A stretch of DNA of 64,000 nucleotides from Methanobacteriota archaeon (GCA_947084985.1 CAMTUI010000023.1:98266-162265), one strand, 5' to 3'. Positions 43,244 to 52,854 are shown, numbered from the stretch's first letter. Translations and numbers: made by a program. The notes: generated by a model not told the origin, from the letters alone.

Positions 43244-44701
43244 CTAGCCGCGCACGACCTCAAATCCGGCCTTTTGCCATGCCACAAAGCCACCCTCAAG
43301 GAGGAACACGTCGCGGTAGCCTCGGCGCGTGAGGATAGACAGCCCTGCGGTCGACCGGTTCCAGCCGGCGCAGTGGACGACGACCGGCCGACCGCGGAAA
43401 ACGCCGAACTCCTGTTCCGGAAGCCGGCCGTTCTCGACGTGGACCGCACCAGGGATATGGCCCCCTTCCCATTCGTCATCTTGCCGCACGTCGAGGACCA
43501 CCGGAGCGTCCTTCGATCCGATCCGCTCCCGCAGATTGGCAGGAGAAATCAAGGGCACGCTTTCCGCCGGCAAATCCGCCGCCCTCCACGCGGCCATGCC
43601 GCCCCGCAGATACCCTCGCAAGTCGTCGTAGCCGATGCGGAGGAGTTGGCGAACCGCCTCCTCGAGATCCTTCCGACCCTTCGCGACGAGGACGAGGGAC
43701 GTGCCGTGTGGAATCAGCCACCCGGCCCACGTGACGAGAGGGGATTCCAGGGCAATGCCGTAGGCGCGGGGGATGTGGCCCGTTGCAAACTCCCTTGCGG
43801 GACGGATATCAAGAATCGCGCCGCCCCCTCCGCCCACTCGTTGACGTGTGCGGGTGACAGTGGCGGCGGGATCGGCAGGCCTTTGAGAACCTCGGGTCCG
43901 CGCTGGTTCACTGGACGCAATCGACGGAAGTACGTCGGGTACGAGGGAAGGCCTGCGAGGGCCCGCGTGACGAATTCGTCCTCGGTCTGGGGTTGCGCAA
44001 GTGGGTTCCGCTGTCGCTCCAGGCCCACCGTGGTCGTGCGGTCCTCGAAGGACGGAGCCGCACAGAACGATCCTGCGCCATGCGTGGGGTACACCGCCAC
44101 CTCGTCGGGCAGCCGGAGCAGTTTGTCATGAATCGTGCGGAACAGCTGCCTCGCGAGGGGTTGCGTCAACTCGTGTCCCAATAGGTCGGTACGGGCGGCG
44201 CCTCCGACGATGAGAGCTCCGCCGGTGAATATTGCACAAGGCGTCTGGGAGTCGTCCCTCAGGAGGAAAGAGATATGCTCGGGGGTGTGGCCCGGCGTTG
44301 CGAGAACCTCGAGGGACAGGCCATCGAGACGGATGCGGTCTCCTTCACGGAGCGGCTTATGATCGAAACGGAGATTCGCCTCCGCGCTCGCGCCGATCTG
44401 GGCGCCCGTTGCCGCTTGCACCTCCCGGCATCCGGAAAGGAAAATCGTTGTGGAGATGCGTGTCCAGTGCGTAGGCAATCCTGAGGCGCCGTCGCGATGC
44501 GGCCCTCAGGTATCGGTCCGCGTCGCGTAACGGATCGATGAGGACCGCTCCTTTGGCGGCCTGGGAGCCGACGAGGTACGCCGAGTTGCCAAGGCCTTCG
44601 TCGACGAAGGGAATGATGAACAGTTTCTCCCGTTCCGCGAGGGTCTGCACAGGCCTCGGCGTCCGGCTCCTCGGGCTGAGTCGGCACCACGCCTTCCTCA
44701 T
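43244..44701 (-). pseudogene. MBL-fold (persulfide-dioxygenase-like) / tandem rhodanese fusion gene, broken by two 1-nt frameshifts
   Basis: Three consecutive minus-strand ORFs (44357..44701, 43714..44478, 43244..43837) read through as one protein. The sequence runs ...DTHLHNDF|LSGCREVQAATGAQI...TPGHTPEH...YPTHGAGSFC...NEWAEG|GGAILDIRPAREFATGHIP...CAGWNRS. The joins fall at an A4/T4 run (44441-44444) and a C5/G5 run (43824-43828). Confidence 0.7.
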
Positions 44702-44704
44702 GGA

Positions 44705-46153
44705 TTACTCCAGGTTCACCAAGACGTTCTTCACGTGCGTGTAGAATAGGACCGCGTCCATCCCCTGTTCTTGCCCAAGTCCGGATTGCTTCCAGCCCAG
44801 GAACGGTGTCTGGGGGAACGTGACCGGATACTCGTTGATCGAGACCATACCCGCCTTCAGGCGGCGTGCAATCGTGTGGGCCTTCCCGATGTCCTGAGTC
44901 CAGACCCCGGCGGATAGGCCATAGGGCGTATCGTTCGCTTTTGCAATCGCCTCGTCAACATTCCGGAACTCCCACGCGCATACGACCGGGCCGAAGACTT
45001 CCTCCCGCGCAACGCGCGATCCTTCCGGAGCATCCTGGAGGACGGTCGGCAGGACGAAGTTGCCGTCCTTCAGTTCTGGCGACTCCGGACGTCGACCTCC
45101 GACGAGGACCTTTGAGCCCTCGAAAATGCCTTCGTCGATCGCCGAGAGAACGTTCGCGGCATGCCCGCGAGAGACCAGCGGACCCATCTGGACTCCTTCC
45201 TCGAGGGGTGGTCCGAGCCGCATCTCTTCTGTCGATTCCTTTAGCTTCGCGAGGAACGAGGGCGCGATCTCCTCGTGGACGAGAAGCTTCGACCCCGCCC
45301 AGCACATCTGGCCCGCATTCTGGAACGCGCCCCAGAGGGCGCCCTTGACCGCCTTGTCCAGTCGCGCATCCGACAGGACGATCTGCGGGTTCTTGCCGCC
45401 GAGCTCGAGGGTCGTCGGCACGACCCGATTTGCGACCGTTTTCAGAAGTTGCTTCCCCGTTTCCGTCGAGCCCGTGAACGTGACAGAGTCGACGTCAGGA
45501 TGGGTCACGAGGGCCTCGCCGACGGCTCGTCCGGGGCCCGTGACGACGTTCAGGGTTCCGGACGGGAAGCCGGCCGCCATCGCTAGTTCGCCCAGCTTGA
45601 GGGCCGTGAGGGGCGTGAGCGTGGCGGGCTTCAGGACGACCGTGTTCCCGGCGGCCAAGGCCGGCGCGATGCCCCGCGACGCAAGGAGAAGCGGGTAGTT
45701 CCACGGAGCGATGTGCGCCGTGACGCCGAGAGGCTCCCGGAGGGTGTAGTCGAGGCGACCGCCCGGAACGGGAATCGTGTCCCCTTGAATTTTATCCGCA
45801 AGACCCGCATAATATTCGAACAGCTTGTACACGTAGGCGATGTCGCCCTTCGCTTCGCGGAGCGGCTTGCCGACGTTCGTCGCCTCGAGTCCCGCGAGCT
45901 CGTCGAAATGGTCGCGGACCTGCTGGCCGAGGAGCCACAGGAGGCGGCCGCGCTTGCTCGGATCCAGGTCCCGCCACTCGGGAGATTCGAAGGCCAGGCG
46001 GGCGGCCTCCACCGCCGCATCGACATCGGCTCGGGTCCCCGCCGCCACCTTGGCGAGGGGGCGGTTCGTCGCCGGATCGATGACGTCTGCGTAGGCCTCC
46101 GAGGACGGGGTCACGACGCGACCGCCAATGAAGAGTCCGTGCCCTTCTTCCAT
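44705..46153 (-). CDS. NAD(P)-dependent aldehyde dehydrogenase
   Basis: 482 aa. ALDH motifs ELGGKNP and FQNAGQMCWAGS (catalytic Cys) and EEVFGPV. Confidence 0.85.
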   Translation of the reverse strand: MEEGHGLFIGGRVVTPSSEAYADVIDPATNRPLAKVAAGTRADVDAAVEAARLAFESPEWRDLDPSKRGRLLWLLGQQVRDHFDELAGLEATNVGKPLREAKGDIAYVYKLFEYYAGLADKIQGDTIPVPGGRLDYTLREPLGVTAHIAPWNYPLLLASRGIAPALAAGNTVVLKPATLTPLTALKLGELAMAAGFPSGTLNVVTGPGRAVGEALVTHPDVDSVTFTGSTETGKQLLKTVANRVVPTTLELGGKNPQIVLSDARLDKAVKGALWGAFQNAGQMCWAGSKLLVHEEIAPSFLAKLKESTEEMRLGPPLEEGVQMGPLVSRGHAANVLSAIDEGIFEGSKVLVGGRRPESPELKDGNFVLPTVLQDAPEGSRVAREEVFGPVVCAWEFRNVDEAIAKANDTPYGLSAGVWTQDIGKAHTIARRLKAGMVSINEYPVTFPQTPFLGWKQSGLGQEQGMDAVLFYTHVKNVLVNLE

Positions 46154-46260
46154 CGTCGACCTCGCGAGCCACCATCGAACCGCGGACTATAAGCGTGTGG
46201 CTTTCCCGCACGAACCGCTGCTGTCTTATCCCGTCCGTCCGATTCCGGCCGCGAGGATCC

Positions 46261-46983
46261 ATGCCGAACGTGGTCCGAGTGTCCCGGACGGTCCCGTGGC
46301 GGGAGGCCGCGACGGACTCGGAGGCCCTGCGTCCGATGCTCGTCGAACAACTAAGGCATGAGGACTTCCGCGGAAAGCATGCCCTCGACGTGGGCACGGG
46401 CGAAGGCCGACTCGCGTTCGCGGTCGCACGTCTCGGAGCCCGCGTGATCGGCGTGGACTTAGATCGGAACCGGCTGGCGCACGGCCGAGCCTACGCCGGC
46501 GTGAGGGACATCCGCAATGCGGACTTCGTCTGGGGGGACGTCGAGAAGACGCCCTACCACGAGTTCTCGCCCGAGCCGTTCGACGTCGTCGTGAGCAACC
46601 TGTGCATGTCCCCCGAGATCGTCTGGCATGCATCCCGCGCGCTTCGACCGGGCGGGCAGTTCATCTTCTGCTGCCACCACGGGGACCACTGGAGGGAGAC
46701 GCGGCGTGGCTCCCGGTGGGCGTTCTACGAGGACACGATGGCCCAGCTCCTCGAGGAGAACCGCTTCGACGTCGAGTTCATGGGCGTCGACACGACGGTG
46801 GCCCTGTTCGACGAACTCCGGGAGGTGCGGCTCTTCCTCCGTGACGCGACCGTGCGGAAGTGGGTCGGCGACGGCCGCTGGGACGAACTCGTCGACTCCT
46901 TCGGTCGCGGGGAGAAGCATCTGACGTTTTCGTATCTCATCGTGAAGGCCAGACGCGTCGCCGGCGAGTACACTGCGGAATGA
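46261..46983 (+). CDS. class I SAM-dependent methyltransferase
   Basis: SAM motif ALDVGTGEGRLAFAVARLGARVIGVDLD. The ATG at 46261 lies within ORF 46195..46983. Confidence 0.7.
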   Translation: MPNVVRVSRTVPWREAATDSEALRPMLVEQLRHEDFRGKHALDVGTGEGRLAFAVARLGARVIGVDLDRNRLAHGRAYAGVRDIRNADFVWGDVEKTPYHEFSPEPFDVVVSNLCMSPEIVWHASRALRPGGQFIFCCHHGDHWRETRRGSRWAFYEDTMAQLLEENRFDVEFMGVDTTVALFDELREVRLFLRDATVRKWVGDGRWDELVDSFGRGEKHLTFSYLIVKARRVAGEYTAE

Positions 46984-47263
46984 GGGACCGTCTCGACGAA
47001 TCGACCTACGCGCGCCGAGGGCGACGCAACGCGTAGCCCATCGTCGGGCCCGCCACGGGCACGAGTCGATCGTCTCGGCCGAGGCTCAGGACGCGCGCGA
47101 GCGGGAAAATCATCCCCGTGAATCGGGAATCCACCTCGGGCACGACCGACATCGCCTTCCTCCGGCCTATCGAGCGTGACGGCGGTCTAAATCCTTTGAC
47201 CCCAATTCCGCCCAAATCGGCAAAGCTCATCCGCGGCCAGGAGATTCCCGCCGCCTGGGAACG

Positions 47264-48148
47264 ATGTACCTCGGAGCTCACGTGTCGATCGCGGAGAGCA
47301 TCGCCCTCGCGCCGGAGCGCGGTCGAGCGGTTGGCGCCGACGCGATCCAGATCTTCTCTCGCAGCCCTCGAATGCTTCGAAAGACAAAGCCGATCACGGA
47401 GGAGGAGGCCAAAGCCTTCCAGGTCGCCATGACGGAGAACAAAATCGCTCGGGCCGTGATCCACGCAAACTACCTGATCAACCTCGGATCGCCGAAGAAG
47501 GCCGCGCTGAGATACAGCCGAGAGGCGTTCGTCGAGGAACTCGAGCGGGCCCAGGTCCTGGGCATCCGCGATGTGATCTTTCACCCGGGTGCCCACTTGG
47601 GCAAGGGAGAGGCGTACGGGCTCCGCACAATCCGCGAGAGCCTTGATGCGTGCCTCGAGGCCGCGAATGCGCCGGACGTGTACGCGGTCCTGGAAAACAC
47701 GGCAGGCCAGGGGAGCGTCCTCGGCCACACCTTCGAGCAGCTCGCGGAGGTCATGAAGGGGTCGTCCCATCCACAGCGGATGGCCGTGTGCATCGACACG
47801 TGCCACACGTTCGCGGCCGGATACGATTTCCGTACGCGCGACGGATACGACGACCTCATGAGGACGGTCGACGGGACCGTCGGGATCCCCCGCGTGCGCG
47901 CATTCCACCTGAACGACTCGAAGGGCGACCTCGGATCGCGCATGGATCGGCATGAGGACATCGGGAAGGGGGAGCTGGGCAAGGAGGCCTTCCGATTCCT
48001 CGTGAATGACGAACGCTTCCGCGAGCTCCCGGGCTGCCTCGAGTATCCGGGCACGGACGGCGGGTACAAGAGGAACCTGAAGCAGCTGCGCGCCCTGCTC
48101 AGTGGCTCGCGGCCCACGCCGAAGGCGCGGCGCGCACGCGGCACGTAA
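47264..48148 (+). CDS. nfo: endonuclease IV (AP endonuclease family 2)
   Basis: MYLGAHVSIA..., HANYLINL, IFHPG, LENTAGQG, IDTCHTFAAGYD, FHLNDSK. These are the Nfo metal-binding motifs. Confidence 0.85.
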   Translation: MYLGAHVSIAESIALAPERGRAVGADAIQIFSRSPRMLRKTKPITEEEAKAFQVAMTENKIARAVIHANYLINLGSPKKAALRYSREAFVEELERAQVLGIRDVIFHPGAHLGKGEAYGLRTIRESLDACLEAANAPDVYAVLENTAGQGSVLGHTFEQLAEVMKGSSHPQRMAVCIDTCHTFAAGYDFRTRDGYDDLMRTVDGTVGIPRVRAFHLNDSKGDLGSRMDRHEDIGKGELGKEAFRFLVNDERFRELPGCLEYPGTDGGYKRNLKQLRALLSGSRPTPKARRARGT

Positions 48149-48488
48149 GAGCATCTCGGAATCGCGCAGCGAAGCTGTACGCCCTGTGGGTGAGGGCCAA
48201 CAGAGCCGCCGATTCCTGGAGCAGACGCGCCGCACCCGCGCCCATCGGGAACGCCTCGACCAAGACGGGCACGGCGTCACCGCCCGTGGTGACGCGTCCG
48301 TCCGGGGAAACGACATGGAATGCGTCGAGAATCCGCTCGTCCGGGACCCCACGCAGGAGATCCCGGGAAGCCAGGATCGGCCGAACGTGGATGCGCCGCC
48401 GGATATCGACCGCACGGATGAGGCGACTCGCAGCGGAGCAGATGCCGCAATCTTCGTCGAAGAGTAGGACGTAGCGGCCCTCGACCAT
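48099..48488 (-). CDS. thiol-disulfide oxidoreductase DCC (DUF393) family protein
   Basis: The N-terminal LLFDEDCGICSAASRLI (DxxCxxC) is characteristic. The 3' end overlaps the convergent nfo by 50 nt. Confidence 0.65.
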   Translation of the reverse strand: MVEGRYVLLFDEDCGICSAASRLIRAVDIRRRIHVRPILASRDLLRGVPDERILDAFHVVSPDGRVTTGGDAVPVLVEAFPMGAGAARLLQESAALLALTHRAYSFAARFRDALTCRVRAAPSAWAASH

Positions 48489-48554
48489 GGTCTCGAGATT
48501 CCCTAGCCTCGGGCGGGCTTAAAGGAAACAGGCCCGCTCAACGAATAGTTATCC

Positions 48555-49217
48555 GTGCAGGGTCGTTTGGCCCCCGGGGATGATCCTACGATCCTCGACC
48601 CCGCCCGCATGACAGAGAAGGATTCCTACCGGCTCATGATCTCGGCATTCGTCCCGCGACCGATCGCGTTCGTCTCGACGCGGTCGCGCGATGGCCGCAC
48701 GAACTGTGCGCCGTTCTCGTACAGCATGGGGGTGTCAAGCCATCCGATGGTCCTCGCGCTCTCCGTTGGCGACCGGGACGGGCGGCCCAAGGACACCGCG
48801 GGAAACATCCTCGACACCCGGGAATTCGTCGTCAACATTGTCACGGAGGACATCGCAGAGAAGATGAACGTCGCGTCCGGCGACTTCGCGGAGAGCGTGA
48901 GCGAATTCGACGAAGCGGGCCTCACACCCGCGGCGTCGGAGGTCGTCGGAGCGCCGCGCATCGCGGAATCCCCGGTGAACTTTGAATGCCGGCTGATTCG
49001 CACGGTCCGTGTCGCCGATAACACCGTCTTCTTCGGAGAGGCTGTGCGGCTTCACGTCGACGACGCCGTCCTCACGGACGGTCTCGTGGACATCCGGAAG
49101 CTGCGGGCGGTCGGCCGCCTCGGGGGCCCGCGGTACTGCCGCACGCAAGACGTTTTCGAGATGGTCCGTCCGAAAGTCAGCGGACCCAAAGGCGCCCGGC
49201 GGACGGAGGCGCGATAG
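48555..49217 (+). CDS. flavin reductase-like (FMN-binding split-barrel) protein
   Basis: FVPRPIAFVSTRSRDGRTNCAPFSYSMGVSSHPMVLALSV, typical of the flavin reductase domain. The ATG at 48609 is an alternative start. Confidence 0.75.
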   Translation: MQGRLAPGDDPTILDPARMTEKDSYRLMISAFVPRPIAFVSTRSRDGRTNCAPFSYSMGVSSHPMVLALSVGDRDGRPKDTAGNILDTREFVVNIVTEDIAEKMNVASGDFAESVSEFDEAGLTPAASEVVGAPRIAESPVNFECRLIRTVRVADNTVFFGEAVRLHVDDAVLTDGLVDIRKLRAVGRLGGPRYCRTQDVFEMVRPKVSGPKGARRTEAR

Positions 49218-49543
49218 CCAAGCGGCGTACAATTATTCGCGTCGACGAATACCCGAATGAGCAACCGTGTGCATCCTTGACACGAACCCTTAAGTAGAGA
49301 AAATTCATGCGCCCGTTCGACACGATGCTGAGACCTGCGCGGTTCGGAAGGACGCACGCTGTTTGCCAATCGTCCCGCGTAGGATCGTCGGTGCTTCTTC
49401 TGTGACCGGCTCTCGGAGTTGAGGGGGCCGGTCATGGGTGGAAACAGGATGAGCTCAAGCTGGAAACGGGCAGGGGACGAGTCGGCAGGAGACGAGCGGA
49501 GCCGCTGCCGCGAACGTCACACGGTGGAGGAGGGGAATCTCGA

Positions 49544-50860
49544 ATGATGAGCGCACGTGAAATCGAGGCTGGCTGGAAGGAAGACGAGCGGTGGGCGGGC
49601 ATCATCCGCCCTTATCGAGCGGAGGACGTCGTGCGACTCCGCGGGTCCGTCCACATCGAGCACACGCTCGCGAGGATGGGCGCGGAGCGGTTGTGGAATC
49701 TATTCCACTCATTGCCGCAGGTCCTGGCGCTCGGCGCGCTGACAGGCAACCAAGCGATCGAGCAGGTCCAGGCGGGCCTGCCATCAATCTACCTGAGCGG
49801 CTGGCAGGTCGCCGCGGACAACAACGACGCGGGCCAGATGTACCCGGACCAGAGCCTGTATCCCGCGGACAGCGTGCCCAACATCGTGCGGCGGATCAAC
49901 AACGCCATGAAGCGCGAGGACGAGAAGCAGACGATGTCGGGCGAAGGCGAGACGTTCTGGTTCGCGCCGATCGTCGCGGACGCGGAAGCGGGATTCGGCG
50001 GGCCCCTGAACGCCTTCGAATTGATGAAGGCCATGATTGAGGCGGGCGCGGCGGGCGCCCACTTCGAGGACCAACTCGCGAGCGCGAAGAAGTGCGGCCA
50101 CGTGGGCGGGAAGGTCCTTGTGTCGACGGGCGTATTCCTGCAGAAGCTCGTCGCCGCTCGATTCGCCGCGGACATCTGCGGCGTGCCGACGATCCTGATC
50201 GCCCGCACCGATGCGAACTCCGCGAAGCTCATCACGACGGACGTGGATCCGCGCGACCAGCCGTTCATCCTGGACGGCGAGCGGACCGCGGAGGGCTTTC
50301 ACAACTTCCGGGGCGGCCTCGACGCGTCAATCGCGCGAGGCCTCGCGTACGCGCCGTTCGCGGACCTTTTATGGTGCGAGACGTCCGGGCCGGACCTTGA
50401 CGAGGCCCGGGTCTTCGCGGACGCGATCCACGCGCGCTTCCCGGGGAAGATGCTCGCCTACAACTGTTCCTCCTCGTTCAACTGGCGGAAGAAGCTCGAT
50501 TCCGCAGGGATCGCGCGATTCCAGCGGGAACTCGCGGACATGGGCTACAAGTTCCAGTTCGTGACCTTAGCGGGATTTCACTCCCTGAACCTCTCCATGT
50601 TCCGGCTCGCGAAGGGCTACCGGGAGAGAGGCATGACCGCCTACACGGAACTGCAGGACGAGGAGTTCGCCGCGAAGGCGGAGGGCTACCGCGCCGTCGA
50701 GCACCAGAAGTTCGTTGGCACGGCGTACTTCGACGAGATCACGCAAGTGGTCTCCGGCGGCCACGCGTCGACCTTGGCGATGCAGGGCTCCACGGAGCTA
50801 GAGCAATTCCGGGCACAGCCGTCTGTCGATCTCAGGGAGAAGCCGGTCCGTCCGCGGTGA
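49544..50860 (+). CDS. aceA: isocitrate lyase
   Basis: 438 aa with the catalytic KKCGH motif ([15 protein letters not shown]) and [19 protein letters not shown]. Shine-Dalgarno-like GGAGGAGGGG 8 nt upstream. Confidence 0.9.
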   Translation: MMSAREIEAGWKEDERWAGIIRPYRAEDVVRLRGSVHIEHTLARMGAERLWNLFHSLPQVLALGALTGNQAIEQVQAGLPSIYLSGWQVAADNNDAGQMYPDQSLYPADSVPNIVRRINNAMKREDEKQTMSGEGETFWFAPIVADAEAGFGGPLNAFELMKAMIEAGAAGAHFEDQLASAKKCGHVGGKVLVSTGVFLQKLVAARFAADICGVPTILIARTDANSAKLITTDVDPRDQPFILDGERTAEGFHNFRGGLDASIARGLAYAPFADLLWCETSGPDLDEARVFADAIHARFPGKMLAYNCSSSFNWRKKLDSAGIARFQRELADMGYKFQFVTLAGFHSLNLSMFRLAKGYRERGMTAYTELQDEEFAAKAEGYRAVEHQKFVGTAYFDEITQVVSGGHASTLAMQGSTELEQFRAQPSVDLREKPVRPR

Positions 50861-51010
50861 GGAACTCAGGAGACGCCTCGGGCTCGAAGGCGAGAATCCC
50901 CGCGGAACCGGTATCGTGACGATGAGAGCCGTCTGGACCTGAGGGGCGATTGTACCACTTTCGAGATACGACCCTCCGGCTTCGATAACACCGCGGAGGC
51001 GATCCGAAAA

Positions 51011-51030
51011 TTCCCATGACGATGGTAAAT
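51011..51030. promoter_or_regulatory. operator-like inverted repeat, copy 1 (TTCCCATGACGATGGTAAAT)
   Basis: 18/20 identical to 52835-52854. It overlaps the GGTAAATAACC TATA-like box about 26 nt upstream of the ATG at 51055 of the BlaI-like gene. Confidence 0.6.
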
Positions 51031-51054
51031 AACCATTGTCCGTACCGCGGCTTC

Positions 51055-51435
51055 ATGTCACCACGGGTCGATGGAGTCAACGTGCAACCCCTCGGGGACC
51101 TCGAGCTGCTCGTCCTCCAGGCCCTTGGCCGCCTCGGTGAAGCGCTGCCTGGCGATATCCACCGAGAGGTGGAGCGGCAGAGGCCCATCGCATACACCAC
51201 GGTCACGAACACCCTGTACCGTCTGGTCGACAAGGGGCTCGTCCGGACTCGAAAGGCGAGCAAAAAGAGGGCGTACTATCGCCTCGCCCCAGAGAGCCGG
51301 AGGTTCCAGTCCGCCTTGCGTGGTCTGGTAAATCGGCTCCTCGACACCTTTGGGGAGGCCGCCATCGCGCAGATCCTCGAGTCTCCCCGCGAGAGAACGA
51401 AGCGGAAGGGAGGTCGACGTCGTGGGCAGCCTTGA
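51055..51435 (+). CDS. BlaI/MecI/CopY family winged-helix transcriptional repressor
   Basis: LGDLELLVLQALGRLGEALPGDIHREVERQRPIAYTTVTNTLYRLVDKGLVRTRK fits the penicillinase-repressor wHTH. The longer ORF start at 51016 is possible but sits inside the operator. Confidence 0.65.
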   Translation: MSPRVDGVNVQPLGDLELLVLQALGRLGEALPGDIHREVERQRPIAYTTVTNTLYRLVDKGLVRTRKASKKRAYYRLAPESRRFQSALRGLVNRLLDTFGEAAIAQILESPRERTKRKGGRRRGQP

Positions 51436-52252
51436 GGCCCTCGAAGTCTACTGGTCCTCCCCTGGCGCGCTGACGGCCCTCATGGCCCACACGGTCCTCC
51501 TCATCGTCCTCGGGGTGACGTACCAGGTCACGTCGGGCCCTCGGCCACGGCTCCACATTCTGTATTCAGTCTACGCCGTGGATGTTTCCCTCTGGGCCTT
51601 CTTGGCCTCAAGCACCCTCTTGTGCGTGGCGCTGAGCGATCGTCTGGAATACGAGATTACTGGCGTCAAGCTTGCGACGTCCGTGTCCGTCTTCGGCGGA
51701 CTCGTCATCGGGGCCCTCGCGGGGATGGTCCTCACCTTCAGCGAGGCCGCCCAGGAGGCCCACATGGCCCGCTTGGGCGTGGACAGAATCCGCGTGACCC
51801 AGAGGGATGACGCACCGACCCTGGTATTCTCAGAACGGCCCGGACTCTTCGCTGCCTCATCCTCATTGCATGGGTCCGTCGTCATCCTGTCCCAGAGGCT
51901 CCAGCAGGTCCTCTCCCCCAACGAGCTCGAGGCGGTCATTGCCCACGAAGTCGCCCACCTGGCTAACAGGGATTCGCGTCGACGGCTTGCGTCTACGCTG
52001 CTTTCCAAATGCATGTTCTTTGATCCGCTCTCCAAGTTTGTCGACCCAGCCATCCATCGACAGGGCGAGTTCCTAGCCGATGACATGGCCGCGTCCGATC
52101 CGACCAAGGCGAGAGCCCTCGCGTCTGCGCTGGAAACCCTCGGGGCCGTTTGCTACGCGGATCACGGGGGCGGCAAGACTCCGGGCCTCCGTTCCCGCCA
52201 GGTCCCCCTGGAATTACGATTGCGTCGCCTAGCGAGGCGCTACAGCGGCTAA
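51422..52252 (+). CDS. membrane-bound HExxH zinc metalloprotease, M48/M56 (BlaR1/HtpX-like)
   Basis: Three N-terminal hydrophobic segments, then AVIAHEVAHLANRD and the downstream third-ligand motif RQGEFLADDMAA. The GTG at 51422 overlaps the repressor stop; the ATG at 51482 is an alternative. Confidence 0.65.
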   Translation: MGSLEALEVYWSSPGALTALMAHTVLLIVLGVTYQVTSGPRPRLHILYSVYAVDVSLWAFLASSTLLCVALSDRLEYEITGVKLATSVSVFGGLVIGALAGMVLTFSEAAQEAHMARLGVDRIRVTQRDDAPTLVFSERPGLFAASSSLHGSVVILSQRLQQVLSPNELEAVIAHEVAHLANRDSRRRLASTLLSKCMFFDPLSKFVDPAIHRQGEFLADDMAASDPTKARALASALETLGAVCYADHGGGKTPGLRSRQVPLELRLRRLARRYSG

Positions 52253-52357
52253 AGGAGAAGACCGGGGACGCTGCGGGTTCATTAGTTCCGCGGTGGTCGC
52301 CCCCAATCCGGACACGCCGCCCGTGCCGATCACAACGCGACGCGACTTCGAATCCAG

Positions 52358-52804
52358 CTATTCGAAGACCTCGATCACCATGCGCATCGTTTCCGTGTGG
52401 TCCGGTACGTGGCACACCATTTCGGCGATCCCGGCCTTGCTCGCCACGAACGTGACGTTCGTCCACTGCCCCCGGGTGACCGTGAAGCTCTGGTCGAACG
52501 CGTCGATTGTCGACGGGTGGCTAGCGCCGTTCACGCCGAAGATGTTCAGGCGGACCGTGTCGCCCTTGGAAACCCGGATGTAGCTCGGATCCCATCGATA
52601 CGCCTTGTAGGTCGTATTGGGAGGATTCTCGGTGGGTCCCGATGTTCCCTTGTATTCGACGGCGAGGACCACGAAGGTCCACTCTGTCGGCGCACGTGCC
52701 GGGACCGTTGACCGCGTGAGAACCAGGGTCGCACTGAATCCCGAAACGACCAGGGCGACGAGGGCCAATACGGCCAAGGTCACAATCTTCGATTTCTCGT
52801 TCAT
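52358..52804 (-). CDS. membrane-anchored cupredoxin (type 1 copper) domain protein
   Basis: N-terminal anchor IVTLAVLALVALVVSGF. Candidate Cu ligands are H (GASHPS) and C-x4-H-x3-M (MVCHVPDHTETM), an azurin-like spacing. Confidence 0.6.
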   Translation of the reverse strand: MNEKSKIVTLAVLALVALVVSGFSATLVLTRSTVPARAPTEWTFVVLAVEYKGTSGPTENPPNTTYKAYRWDPSYIRVSKGDTVRLNIFGVNGASHPSTIDAFDQSFTVTRGQWTNVTFVASKAGIAEMVCHVPDHTETMRMVIEVFE

Positions 52805-52834
52805 CGATTTCCTCCAGACCGCTTTCGCGGTGAA

Positions 52835-52854
52835 TTACCATCACGATGGTAAAT
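52835..52854. promoter_or_regulatory. operator-like inverted repeat, copy 2 (TTACCATC-AC-GATGGTAA-AT)
   Basis: Perfect 8-bp arms with a 2-nt spacer, lying 31-50 nt upstream of the cupredoxin start at 52804. Confidence 0.6.

Noticed and set aside
47006-47152. 48-codon minus-strand ORF (MSVVPEVDSRFTGMIFPLARVLSLGRDDRLVPVAGPTMGYALRRPRRA) in the 280-nt gap before nfo.
   Set aside because: It has GC-rich third positions, but no recognisable family. The nearest TATA-like box (TCTAAATCC, 47187-47195) is about 39 nt away, off the usual spacing. That is not enough support to call a gene.
49052-49435. 127-aa minus-strand ORF inside the aceA leader / flavin reductase 3' end.
   Set aside because: The translation is not protein-like (Arg/Ser-rich). 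It overlaps the flavin reductase gene in antisense.
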